Origin: Wigglesworthia glossinidia endosymbiont of Glossina brevipalpis
GTDB taxonomy: Bacteria; Pseudomonadota; Gammaproteobacteria; Enterobacterales; Enterobacteriaceae
DNA length: 32,000 nucleotides
Direction: 5' to 3'
NCBI GenBank assembly: GCA_000008885.1
Contig: BA000021.3
Span: 90,001 to 122,000 of the forward strand
The notes under the pieces are model-generated. The model searched no databases and had not been told where the DNA came from. It saw only the letters and a list, made by a program, of their open reading frames with translations. Positions 22,153 through 32,000 of the stretch are shown here, in pieces. Made by a program: the position numbers and the translations under genes. Positions within the stretch are counted from its first letter, which is position 1, and every line of letters begins with the position of its first letter.

Positions 22153-23259
22153 TCATTTGTCAATGACTAATTTTCTACTTTTTATTATTCCTCCTCCTAA
22201 ACATCTATCTAACAAATAAAAAACAGCATATTGTCCAGGAGCGACAGAAGAAATTGGTTTATAAAATATTACTTCTATAGATTTTTTATCTATAGGTATA
22301 ACTAAGCATAAAGTGCTATTTTGGCGATATCTGGTTTTTACCATGCATTTAATAGGATTTTTTAAATAAATTTGATCTATCCAATTAGTTTCTATGATAA
22401 TTATGCTTGTAGACATTAGATATGGATTATTTTTTCCTTGAGATACTATTAAATAATTTTTATCTATTTTTTTATCTACTACATACCATGGATCATGGCA
22501 ATTATAATATATTTTTTTAATATTTAATCCTTTTCTTTGTCCTATTGTATAATACATTAATCCTTTATGAGTTCCAATTTGCTTTTTTTCTGTAGAAAAA
22601 ATCAATCCTGGATCGTCATGCAAATAATTTTTAATAAATTTATTAAAATTTTTGTTTCCAATAAAACAAATTCCTGTAGAATCTCTTTTTTTTGATGTAA
22701 TCAAATTCAATTTGGAAGCGATATATCTGACTTTTGACTTTAAAATATTTCCAATAGGGAATATACATTTAGAAAGTTCTTTGTAATTTATTTGATGTAA
22801 AAAATAACTTTGATCTTTTTTTAAGTCAAATGCAGAAAATAATTGGCTTTTACCGTTAAAATTTATTTTTCTTACATAGTGTCCTGTTGCTATATAATCA
22901 GCTTGCATTTCTTTTATAGCAAAATTTAAAAAATATTTAAATTTTATTTCTTTATTGCATAATATATCTGGGTTAGGAGTATTTCCTATTTTATACTCTC
23001 TGAGAAAGATTTTAAAAACTTTATTCCAATATTGTTCAGAAAAATTTACTATATTAATATTAATTCCAATTTGATCGCATACTATTTGAGCATCTTTTAG
23101 GTCTTTTTTGAATGTACATTTAATGCTAGAATTAATTTCTTCCCAATTTTTCATAAAAACACCTTCTACATGGTATCCACTTTTTTTTAAAAACCATGCA
23201 GAAACTGAAGAATCTACTCCACCAGAAATAGCTATTATTACTTTCTTTTTTTTGTTCAT
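22153..23259 (-). CDS. mnmA: tRNA-specific 2-thiouridylase
   Basis: [15 protein letters not shown]-loop, [30 protein letters not shown]. Confidence 0.96.
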
Positions 23260-23656
23260 TTTTTATTTTTTAGTAAAATCAATTATTATTTAATTTATAA
23301 TTAATTAAACTAATTTTATTTTTTTTAAATTCAATCAATTTAAATTAATTATTTTATTTTAAACGAATAAATAATAAAACAAAAATTTTATTTTTTAAAA
23401 AAATTTTAAAATGTTAAAATGTATTTTATAAAAAATATTAAATAAATTATTAAAAACAATTTTTTTAAATAAAAATATTATGTTGTATATTTTATAATAT
23501 TTTAATATTATTAAATTATTTTAATATAATGTAAATACTTTTAGTTTATTTGAAATATCTTTTAGTTTATGCAAATAATTAACAATTATTGTTTTTTGTT
23601 TTGAACAAAATTTAGATTAATTAGTTTTTTATAAATAAATTATATGAGGTTATTTT

Positions 23657-24541
23657 ATGATGCGTATTTTACTTTTTATACTGACTAATTTATCTGTAAT
23701 GATAATATTTGGAATAATATTATTTATTACTGGAATTAAATCATCTAGCTCATTTGGATTAATAATAATGTCTGGAGTTTTTGGTTTTGGTGGATCTATA
23801 ATATCTTTATTATTATCTAAGTATATAGCAATAAATTCAGTAAATGCAAAAATTATAAAAAATCCAAAAAATGATATTGAAAATTGGTTGTTTAATACAA
23901 TAAAGTTGCAATCACAAAAAGCAAATATTGGAACTCCAGATATAGCTATTTACGACGCTGAAGATATTAATGCTTTTGCTACAGGCCCAAAAAAAAATTC
24001 TGCATTAATTGCAGTTAGTACTGGTTTGTTGAATAATATGAGCAAAAAAGAAGCAGAAGCAGTTTTAGCTCATGAAATTAGTCATATTTCCAACGGAGAT
24101 ATGATAACAATGACACTTATTCAAGGCGTAGTAAATACATTTGTTATATTCTTATCTCGAGTTATTTCTAAATTTATAGTAAATTTATTTTCTACAAACA
24201 AAGAAGATGAAAATTCATATGAATCTGAAAATTCATGGTCATATTTTTTTATTTCTATGGCTTTAGAAGTAGTATTTGGAATTTTAGCTAGTATTATTAC
24301 TTTTTGGTTTTCTAGAAAACGAGAATTTTACGCTGATGCAGGATCAGCTGAAATAGTTGGTAAAAATAATATGATAGCTGCTTTACAAAAAATAAAAAAT
24401 ACTTGTGAGCCTAATGTTGGAAAAGAATTATTAGCTTTTTGCATTAATGGAAAAAAATCATTTAATGAAATTTTTATGTCTCATCCACCTATAGATAAAA
24501 GAATACAAGCATTAATTCAAGAAAAATATATGAAAAAATAA
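23657..24541 (+). CDS. htpX: Membrane-bound zinc metalloprotease HtpX
   Basis: 294 aa, TM segments, HEISH motif, [23 protein letters not shown]. Confidence 0.95.
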   Translation: MMRILLFILTNLSVMIIFGIILFITGIKSSSSFGLIIMSGVFGFGGSIISLLLSKYIAINSVNAKIIKNPKNDIENWLFNTIKLQSQKANIGTPDIAIYDAEDINAFATGPKKNSALIAVSTGLLNNMSKKEAEAVLAHEISHISNGDMITMTLIQGVVNTFVIFLSRVISKFIVNLFSTNKEDENSYESENSWSYFFISMALEVVFGILASIITFWFSRKREFYADAGSAEIVGKNNMIAALQKIKNTCEPNVGKELLAFCINGKKSFNEIFMSHPPIDKRIQALIQEKYMKK

Positions 24542-24739
24542 AATTTATTAATTAAATTGATTATTTTTTAAATTTAATTAAATTAAACAAAAATAAAATA
24601 AAAATAATAAGTGCATAAATTGCATAACAAATTTTTCATTTATATGACAACATGATTACATTAATTAATAAAATATAAATTATTTTAAATTAATTTTCAT
24701 TAATGAATAAAGTTAAGAATTATATCGGAGTTTTATAAA

Positions 24740-26014
24740 ATGACATTTTGGACAAGTCCTTCAGAATGGGCTGGGTTATTAACTTTGGTCATTTTAGAAA
24801 TTGTCCTTGGAATTGATAATCTAATATTTATTGCTATTCTATCTAATAAACTACCTCCTAAAGACAGAGAAAAAGCAAGAATGATAGGTTTAGTGATAGC
24901 ACTAATTATAAGAATAGGATTGTTGTCACTAATATCATGGATAGTTACATTGACATATCCTTTAATAAAAATAAGCAATATTATTTTTTCTGGTAGAGAT
25001 TTAGTTTTGATATCTGGAGGATTATTTTTAATATTTAAGTCGGTTACTGAACTTCATGAAAGATTAGAACAAAAAGAAATTCAAAATGATAATAATAAAG
25101 TTTACACTAGTTTTTGGATAATGATAGTACAAATTGTTGTTTTAGATGCGGTATTTTCTTTGGATGCTATCATCACAGCTGTAGGAATGGTAAATAATTT
25201 ATTTATTATGATCACAGCAGTAATATTGTCTTTATTTATAATGTTAATATCTTCTTCCATTCTAACAAAATTTATAAATAAGCATAAATCTGTAGTAGTT
25301 TTGTGTTTAAGTTTTTTATTATTAATAGGATTCAGTTTAATAGCAGAAGGATTTAACTATCATATACCAAAAAGTTATTTATATACTGCTATTGTATTTT
25401 CTATATTAATAGAGTTATTTAATCAAATATCTCGTAAAAATTTAATAAAAAATCAATCTATAAAATCAATCAGAGAGCGTGCAGCAGAAGCTATAGTAAA
25501 ATTAATGGGGGGAGGAGTAAATTATAAAGAAAATAATAATTTTTATGAAGATATATCATATAGGCCTATTAAGTCTTCTGAAGAAGAACGTAATATGGTT
25601 GCTGGTATTTTGTCGTTATGCGCTAGATCTTTGTATAGCATTATGACTTTAAGAAAAAATATTGTATGGATAAATACAAAAGATTCAATTGAAAAATCAA
25701 AAAAAAATTTATCTAAATTTTATTTTAGGGTACTTCCTGTTTGTAATGGAGACATAGATAATATTATTGGAATAATAAACATTAAAGATTTTTTGTATGC
25801 AAAAAATATGGAACAAATAAAATATTTAGCAAAATTAAATTCTTTTTTTATAGTAAAAGAAACAAATAATATATTAAAATTATTAAATAAAATCAATAAA
25901 ATAAATGAAAATGTTATATTTGTTTCTGATAAATCAGGAATTATACAAGGATTAATCACTCCTATAGATATTTTAAAAGCTATATATACAGAGTTTTCTA
26001 CAAGAGATGATTAA
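24740..26014 (+). CDS. yoaE: TerC-family membrane protein with CBS domain (YoaE-like), lacking the C-terminal CorC/HlyC-type domain
   Basis: TerC features SPSEWAGLLTLVILEIVLGIDNLIFIAIL and VVLDAVFSLDAIITAVGM; CBS region IIGIINIKDFL...GLITPIDILKAI. 424 aa. Confidence 0.88.
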   Translation: MTFWTSPSEWAGLLTLVILEIVLGIDNLIFIAILSNKLPPKDREKARMIGLVIALIIRIGLLSLISWIVTLTYPLIKISNIIFSGRDLVLISGGLFLIFKSVTELHERLEQKEIQNDNNKVYTSFWIMIVQIVVLDAVFSLDAIITAVGMVNNLFIMITAVILSLFIMLISSSILTKFINKHKSVVVLCLSFLLLIGFSLIAEGFNYHIPKSYLYTAIVFSILIELFNQISRKNLIKNQSIKSIRERAAEAIVKLMGGGVNYKENNNFYEDISYRPIKSSEEERNMVAGILSLCARSLYSIMTLRKNIVWINTKDSIEKSKKNLSKFYFRVLPVCNGDIDNIIGIINIKDFLYAKNMEQIKYLAKLNSFFIVKETNNILKLLNKINKINENVIFVSDKSGIIQGLITPIDILKAIYTEFSTRDD

Positions 26015-26453
26015 TAATAAAATAATTTTTAAAAATTTTTATATAATTTTTTGTTATTTAAAAATAAAATTATTTTACAATATAAAAATTAATTAATTAA
26101 ATTAATAATTTAATTTAAATTTATATTTCTAACTAAAATATATTAAATTTTATCAAGAATATTTTATTAATATAAAAATAAACAAAATTTAAAATTATTT
26201 TTAATTAAATCATTTTAATTTTAATATCTATTTTATTTTATTTTTTAAAATAAATAATTATTAATAAATTGTTTAATTATAAAAATAATATTTAATGTTT
26301 TGTTTTTATATTTAAAAAATAAAAGCAATTTAATATCATAAATTTATTAATTTATAAAATACTTAAAAATATTTTTACTTTTTATAAAAGTATTACATAT
26401 ATTTATATATTCTAAATTAGAATTTAATTCTTATATTTTTTATTGGAGTTTTT

Positions 26454-28301
26454 ATGAAGGCATTTTGTAAGATATTTTTAGATCCATTAAAATGGATATG
26501 GAATGTACTTAATTTCACAAGAAGGCTTGTTTTAAACTTATTATTAATATTGATTATATTCTGCATTTTAATTTTATATTTTCAAACAAATAACCCTATT
26601 AATGAAAATAAAAAGGGAGCTCTATTTATAGATATAATTGGAATAATAGTAGATAAACCATCTTCAAGTAGTAAATTTAAACAATTAAGCAGAGAATTAA
26701 TTGGAAGTTCTAGCAACAAGCTTCAAGAAAACTCCTTATTTGATATAGTATATGCTATACGTAAAGCAAAAGATGATAATAATATAACTGGTTTAGTTTT
26801 GTATTTAAAAGATTTTGCTGGATCAGATCAAACTTCATTACAATATATAGGAAAAGCATTAAAAGAATTTAAAAAAACTGGTAAACCAATATATTCTATT
26901 GGGGATAATTATTCTCAAGCTCAATATTTTTTAGCAAGCTATTCTAATATAATTTACCTTAACCCACAAGGTATGGTGGATTTACATGGAATATCAACTA
27001 ATAATTTTTATTATAAAACTTTTTTAAAAAAATTAAAAATAAATACACATGTATTTCGTGTAGGAAATTATAAATCTGCAGTAGAACCTGTATTAAGAGA
27101 TAATATGTCAGATGAAGCCAAAGAAGATGATAAAAGATGGATCCAAAAACTATGGAGGAGTTATTTAAATGTAATTTCTATTAATAGAAACATAAAAATA
27201 GAAGAAATTTTTCCTAATGTTAAAGAAATTTTAGAAAAATTAAAAATTGTTAAGGGAAATACCGCTGAATTTGCATTAAAAAATAATTTAGTTGATAAAA
27301 TAGAATCTAATCCTGAAATTGAAAAAGAAATGATAAAAATATTCGGATGGAATAAAAACGAAAAATCATTTAATAAAATTAGTATTTATAATTATCAAGA
27401 CAAATTAAAATTTTCAAATAAAGGAGAAATAGCGGTTATATTTGCTAATGGCGTAATTATTAATGGTCCAGATAAACCTGGATTTTCAAGCGGGGATTTT
27501 ATTGCTTACCAAATAAAACAGGCTAGACTAGATCCAAATATTAAATCTTTAGTTGTAAGAATTAATAGCCCGGGAGGAAGTGTCAATGCGTCTGAAATTA
27601 TTAGATCTGAGCTTGATGCTACTAAAAACATGGGAAAACCAGTAGTTGTGTCAATGGGAGGAATTGCGGCTTCTGGAGGATATTGGATATCAACTCCAGC
27701 TAATTATATTATATCCAATCCAGATACACTAACCGGTTCTATTGGCATATTTGGTATTATAAATACAATAGAAAGTACATTAGAAAGCATAGGTATATAT
27801 TCTGATGGAGTATCTACATCACCTTTAGCAAATATTAATATTGCAAAAAAATTACCTTCAGAATTTTTAGAAAAAATGAAACTTATAATAGAAAATGGAT
27901 ATTATAATTTTTTATCATTAGTATCAAAATCAAGAAACAAAACAATAAAAGAAGTAGATAAAATAGGACAAGGACATGTATGGATAGGTACTGATGCTTT
28001 GAAAAAAGGATTGGTAGATAAACTTGGAGATTTTGATGATGCTATAATAAAAGCTGCTGAATTATCTAATTTATCTGATTATGATATAAAATGGAATGAT
28101 CCTGAACCTAGCATAATTGATTTTATATATAAAAATACAAATTTAATAAATATTATAAAATTATATTTAAATTATATTATTCCAGATATAATGGAAAAAA
28201 ATATTTTTGATCAAGTTAAATTAAAATTATTCACAAACTTAACATTAAATGATCCTAAGAATTGCTATGCTATTTGTCTGTCTTGTTATCCCAAAATATA
28301 A
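26454..28301 (+). CDS. sppA: Signal peptide peptidase SppA, 67 kDa type
   Basis: 615 aa. VGNYKSAVEP (catalytic Lys region) and SMGGIAASGGYWIS (catalytic Ser region). GGAG SD. Confidence 0.95.
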   Translation: MKAFCKIFLDPLKWIWNVLNFTRRLVLNLLLILIIFCILILYFQTNNPINENKKGALFIDIIGIIVDKPSSSSKFKQLSRELIGSSSNKLQENSLFDIVYAIRKAKDDNNITGLVLYLKDFAGSDQTSLQYIGKALKEFKKTGKPIYSIGDNYSQAQYFLASYSNIIYLNPQGMVDLHGISTNNFYYKTFLKKLKINTHVFRVGNYKSAVEPVLRDNMSDEAKEDDKRWIQKLWRSYLNVISINRNIKIEEIFPNVKEILEKLKIVKGNTAEFALKNNLVDKIESNPEIEKEMIKIFGWNKNEKSFNKISIYNYQDKLKFSNKGEIAVIFANGVIINGPDKPGFSSGDFIAYQIKQARLDPNIKSLVVRINSPGGSVNASEIIRSELDATKNMGKPVVVSMGGIAASGGYWISTPANYIISNPDTLTGSIGIFGIINTIESTLESIGIYSDGVSTSPLANINIAKKLPSEFLEKMKLIIENGYYNFLSLVSKSRNKTIKEVDKIGQGHVWIGTDALKKGLVDKLGDFDDAIIKAAELSNLSDYDIKWNDPEPSIIDFIYKNTNLINIIKLYLNYIIPDIMEKNIFDQVKLKLFTNLTLNDPKNCYAICLSCYPKI

Positions 28302-28415
28302 TAATATTTTAATTTTTAATAAAAATTTTTAAAATTAATACTTGACGTATAAGAAAGTTTTTGTTTATGTACCAGTACATTATGTTTACACAAACAATAA
28401 ATCATTGGTGATACT

Positions 28416-29414
28416 ATGACTTTAAATATAGCATTAAACGGATTTGGCAGAATTGGTCGTATGATTTTTAGAATAGCTCAAACAAGAAATAATTTTAATA
28501 TTGTTGCTATTAATGATTTATGTAGTATTAATGAAATATCTTATATGTTAAGATTTGACTCAACCCATGGAAAATTTTTAAAAAAAATATATATTAAAGA
28601 AAATTTTATTCAAATTGAAGATAAAAAAATATATTGTTTTTCAGAAAAGGATCCTAGTAATTTACCTTGGAAAAAGTTAAACATAGATATAGTTATTGAA
28701 GCTACTGGATTAAGTTTAACTAAAAAAGCATCTGAAAATCATATTATATCTGGAGCAAAAAAAGTTATAATAACTGCTCCACCAAAAGATAATATTCCAA
28801 TGTTTGTAATGGGAGTTAACAATAATTTATATAACGGGGAAAAAATTATTTCAAATGCATCATGTACTACTAATTGTCTTGCTCCAATAGCAAAAGTATT
28901 AAATGATTATTTTGGAATACAAGAAGCTCTAATGACAACAGTGCATTCTGTTACTTCCACTCAAAACACTGTAGATGGAAGATCTCTTCAAGCATTTAGA
29001 ATAGGAAGAAGTTGCTTAAATAATATTATTCCAACTTCAACTGGAGCTGCAGATTCTGTGGGGAAAATAATTCCTGATTTGAACGGCAAAATAACAGGAA
29101 CCTCTTTTAGAGTTCCTACAACAAATGTATCTGTAGTAGATCTTACTGTAAAATTCAAAAAAGAAACTTCTTATAAAGAAGTTTGTAATGCAATAAAATA
29201 TGAATCTAAAAATAAATTTAATGGTATTTTAGGGTATACAGAAGATAATGTAGTATCTTCTGATTTTAATGGAGAATTTTTAACATCTGTTTTTGATTCA
29301 AAAGCAGGAATAGAATTAAATAAAACTTTTATGAAAATAATATCTTGGTATGATAATGAAAGCGGGTATTCTAGCAAAGTATTAGATTTAGCTCAGTATA
29401 TATTTAATAAATAA
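28416..29414 (+). CDS. gapA: Glyceraldehyde-3-phosphate dehydrogenase
   Basis: NGFGRIGRM, active-site [22 protein letters not shown]. Confidence 0.98.
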   Translation: MTLNIALNGFGRIGRMIFRIAQTRNNFNIVAINDLCSINEISYMLRFDSTHGKFLKKIYIKENFIQIEDKKIYCFSEKDPSNLPWKKLNIDIVIEATGLSLTKKASENHIISGAKKVIITAPPKDNIPMFVMGVNNNLYNGEKIISNASCTTNCLAPIAKVLNDYFGIQEALMTTVHSVTSTQNTVDGRSLQAFRIGRSCLNNIIPTSTGAADSVGKIIPDLNGKITGTSFRVPTTNVSVVDLTVKFKKETSYKEVCNAIKYESKNKFNGILGYTEDNVVSSDFNGEFLTSVFDSKAGIELNKTFMKIISWYDNESGYSSKVLDLAQYIFNK

Positions 29415-29433
29415 TGAAAAAATTAATTTTATT

Positions 29434-29460
29434 AAAAAGACGGCACAAAGCCGTCTTTTT
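29434..29460. terminator. Bidirectional rho-independent terminator between gapA and grpE
   Basis: Perfect 11-bp inverted repeat AAAAAGACGGC-ACAAA-GCCGTCTTTTT. A-tract on one side and T-tract on the other, between convergent genes. Confidence 0.9.
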
Positions 29461-29532
29461 AATATTTTTATTTTATTTTTATATAAAAATTTTATTTTTA
29501 CATAAGTTTTTTAAAAACAATAAAAAATTAAT

Positions 29533-30189
29533 TTATTTAGATACAACTACCATTGCTGGTCTTAACAATCTTCCGTTTAAAATATATCCTTTTTGCATAA
29601 TTTCAACCACTTGGTTTGTTTTTTTGTTTTTGTCATCTATCACTGTCATTGCTTCATGTATTTTAGGATCAAAAGGTATGTTTTTTTTATCTATTTCTTT
29701 TATTCCAAAAGAATGAATAACTTTTATAAACTCCTTTAAAGTTAGATTTATTCCTTCTTCAATAGGATTTATATTTTTATTTTTTTCATTTTCTTTTTCA
29801 AGAAGATTTTTTGTACGTTCTAAGTTATCTATTATTGGTAACAAAGCTATAGAAAATTTTTCTAACGCAAACTTATAAGATTTTTCTATATTTGCCTGAG
29901 TGCGTTTCATTAAATTTTCCATTTCAGCTTGATTTCTTAAAATAAGATCATGTTTAGATTTTTTCTCTTTTGATAAATTTTTTTTTAGATTTTCTATAAT
30001 ATTTTTTTGATCATTAAAATTTATTTTTTCTGGTATAATTTCATCTGATATATTATTTTTGTTTAAATTTATTTTTTTTTCTGTTGTTTGTTTTTTATTA
30101 TTTATTATTTCTTCTTCTTTTTTATTTTTTACTTCGCTTTTTTTATTTAATTTATCTTCATTTATCTTGTTTGAATTTTTTTCTTTCAT
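29533..30189 (-). CDS. grpE: Nucleotide exchange factor GrpE
   Basis: [50 protein letters not shown]. The upstream in-frame TTG (30204) overlaps the GGAG SD of the ATG at 30189, so 30189 is preferred. Confidence 0.95.
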
Positions 30190-30307
30190 TTTAAATGTCT
30201 CCAATATTAATATTTATCTAAATTTTTTTATTTTATATAAATAAATAAACTTATATTAAATGTAATAAATAAATCATAACATAAACTAATATTTCAAGGT
30301 AATTGAT

Positions 30308-31195
30308 ATGAATTATGTTTTTTGCATTATTGGAATAATTGGGTATAGATTATGTTTAGAACAATTATCTATATATAATAATTTATATAATTGGTTAATA
30401 AAAAAAGGTTATTCAGTAATTTTAGAGAATAATATAGCGCAAGCTTTAAATTTAAATAATGTAATATCTGGTAGTACTTTTGATATAGGAGAAAAAGCAG
30501 ATTTAGCAATAATAATAGGAGGAGATGGAAGCATGTTGCGTATAGCAAAAATTTTATCTAATTATCCTATTAAAGTTATAGGAATAAATACAGGAAATTT
30601 AGGATTTTTAACTGATTTAAATCCAAAATCAGCTTTATCAACTTTAAATTATATATTAAATGGAAATTTTTATGAAGAAAAAAGATTTTTATTAAATGTA
30701 ATAACTATCAAAAATAATATAAAAAGCAAAAAACATATACTTAATGAAGTAGTAGTACATTCAAATAATGTAGCTAAAATGATTGAATTTAAAGTATACA
30801 TTGATGATGTTTTTTCTTTTTTTCAAAGAGCTGATGGATTAATAATATCTACTCCTACAGGCTCAACGGCTTATTCTTTATCTGCGGGAGGTCCAATATT
30901 AATGCCTTTATTAAATGCAATAATCATAATTCCTATGTTTCCTCATGGATTATATTCCAGACCTTTAGTAATCAGTGCAAAAAGCAAAATAAAAATAAAA
31001 TTTTCTAAAAAAATATTAAATTTGTCTATAAGCTGCGATGGCACATCACCTTTTAAAGTTTATAGGAATAATGAAATTGTAATCAAAAAAAGCAAAAAAT
31101 TCTTAAAACTTATTCATTCAAATAATTATAATTACTTTAATGTTTTAAGAAAAAAATTAGGATGGTCAAAAAAATTTTTTAAAAAAATAAAATAA
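30308..31195 (+). CDS. nadK: NAD kinase
   Basis: IIGGDGSMLRIAK, GNLGFLTDL, ISTPTGSTAYSLSAGGP; divergent from grpE. Confidence 0.96.
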   Translation: MNYVFCIIGIIGYRLCLEQLSIYNNLYNWLIKKGYSVILENNIAQALNLNNVISGSTFDIGEKADLAIIIGGDGSMLRIAKILSNYPIKVIGINTGNLGFLTDLNPKSALSTLNYILNGNFYEEKRFLLNVITIKNNIKSKKHILNEVVVHSNNVAKMIEFKVYIDDVFSFFQRADGLIISTPTGSTAYSLSAGGPILMPLLNAIIIIPMFPHGLYSRPLVISAKSKIKIKFSKKILNLSISCDGTSPFKVYRNNEIVIKKSKKFLKLIHSNNYNYFNVLRKKLGWSKKFFKKIK

Positions 31196-31213
31196 TTAAT
31201 TATTAAATTTTTA

Positions 31214-31654
31214 TTAAAACTTTTTTATATTTATTTTTTTAGCTTCTTCTAAAAAAAAGTAAATAACATTATTAATATATTTTTTTAAAAAAAATTTAGT
31301 GGCAATATTTATATGTTTATATTTTGATTCACATGTTAATTCAAATTTAATTTGACTAGTATTTTTGCTTAAAGAATAAAAATTCCATGTTGCTAAAAAA
31401 TAATTAAAAGATCCAGAAATCAAATTTATTACAATTTTAGTATTTTTTGAAATAGTATTTTTAGTAATAAATGATTCTTTAATTCCTAAAAAAGAACATT
31501 GTGTTTCACAAATTAATATATTATTATGTTTTTTTAAAACTTTACTAAAAGTACACCAAGGAAGAAATTTAGAATATCTATCTACGTTATTAACTATTTC
31601 AAAAATTTGTTTTTTTTCATATGGTAAATTTATGCAACGTATTATGTAAGTCAT
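31214..31654 (-). CDS. ratA: RatA/YfjG family START-like protein
   Basis: 146 aa. YEKKQIFEIVNNVDRYSKFLPWC; divergent from smpB as in E. coli. Confidence 0.92.
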   Translation of the reverse strand: MTYIIRCINLPYEKKQIFEIVNNVDRYSKFLPWCTFSKVLKKHNNILICETQCSFLGIKESFITKNTISKNTKIVINLISGSFNYFLATWNFYSLSKNTSQIKFELTCESKYKHINIATKFFLKKYINNVIYFFLEEAKKINIKKF

Positions 31655-31719
31655 AAAATCTCCTTTTGATTAACATATTTAAATTGAAATAAAGTTTATA
31701 GAGTATTTTTATACTTAAA

Positions 31720-32000
31720 ATGAAAAAAAAAAATACAGAAAAAAATTTTTTAATTATTTCCAGAAATAAACGTGCAAAATATAATACATATATTAAAAAA
31801 GAAATGGAAGCTGGATTAAGCCTTAAAGGTTGGGAAGTTAAATCTTTAAGAAGCAATAATATAAGCATTAGTACTAGCTATGTTACTTTAAAATCTTCTT
31901 CTGCATATTTAACTGGAGCTGTATTTCAATCAAATACAAATAATAATATGAATTTTATTTATGAAAAAGAAAGAAATATACAATTATTATTACATAAACA
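31720..32000 (+). CDS. smpB: SsrA-binding protein SmpB, 5' portion (runs off window)
   Basis: MKKKNTEKNFLIISRNKRAKYNTYIKKEMEAGLSLKGWEVKSLRSNNISISTSYVTLKSSSAYLTGAVFQ... Absent from the supplied ORF track because the window truncates it. Confidence 0.94.
   Translation, partial: MKKKNTEKNFLIISRNKRAKYNTYIKKEMEAGLSLKGWEVKSLRSNNISISTSYVTLKSSSAYLTGAVFQSNTNNNMNFIYEKERNIQLLLHK

Noticed and set aside
100-23293. Other short shadow ORFs (100..288, 6529..6729, 9461..9661, 10137..10340, 10726..11019, 11112..11309, 12130..12372, 13474..13656, 14943..15149, 16815..17006, 21833..22030, 23108..23293)
   Set aside because: All lie mostly or entirely opposite confident genes and show no recognisable domain.
24733-25959. 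Antisense ORFs 24733..24978 and 25720..25959 within the yoaE-like gene
   Set aside because: Short, fully contained within a conserved coding region, AT-rich shadow ORFs.
28342-28386. TTGACG upstream of gapA as a sigma70 -35 box
   Set aside because: A good -35 match in an intergenic region, but the hexamers at 17-18 nt spacing (TTATGT/TATGTA) match TATAAT poorly. Needs start-site mapping.
29414-29716. 100-aa ORF on + strand after gapA
   Set aside because: It reads through the gapA/grpE terminator hairpin and antisense to the conserved C-terminus of grpE; not a plausible gene.
30059-30244. 61-aa ORF antisense to the grpE N-terminus
   Set aside because: Its Phe/Leu-rich composition is the complement of the Lys/Glu-rich GrpE N-terminus.
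31617-31868. 83-aa minus-strand ORF overlapping ratA start and smpB
   Set aside because: Covers the ratA 5' end in another frame and is antisense to smpB. Both of those have clear homology.
1-32000. tRNA/rRNA, CRISPR array, transposon, prophage, toxin-antitoxin or defence system
   Set aside because: Reading the intergenic regions showed no tRNA-like T-arm or anticodon-arm pattern, no spaced direct repeats, and no transposase or phage-like protein. All substantial ORFs are explained by housekeeping genes.

Overview
This is an AT-rich segment of a reduced gammaproteobacterial genome. It looks like an Enterobacterales insect endosymbiont; Wigglesworthia-like is my best guess, but that is inference. 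Gene content is core housekeeping: pheS(3' end)-pheT | pyrC, rne | rluC-rpmF-fabD-fabG-acpP-mltG-tmk-holB-tatD-hinT-ndh | mfd | lolC-lolD-lolE | purB, mnmA | htpX, yoaE-like, sppA, gapA | grpE | nadK | ratA | smpB(5' end). Much of it follows Escherichia coli gene order with deletions (no plsX/fabH between rpmF and fabD, no fabF/pabC between acpP and mltG). I saw no mobile element, CRISPR array, rRNA or tRNA, and nothing supporting a new multi-gene system. The observations most worth checking are: (1) lolE is interrupted by an A10 tract where one added A restores the frame, so transcriptional slippage could rescue it; (2) rluC has a +1 frameshift at CCCCCTGGGGG with both halves well conserved; (3) Mfd lacks its UvrB-like/UvrA-binding N-terminal part; (4) the PheT editing site appears degraded; (5) RNase E keeps two islands resembling a membrane-anchor helix and an Arg-rich RNA-binding segment in an otherwise Lys/Asn-rich tail; (6) GC-rich terminator hairpins were noticed only after acpP and gapA.
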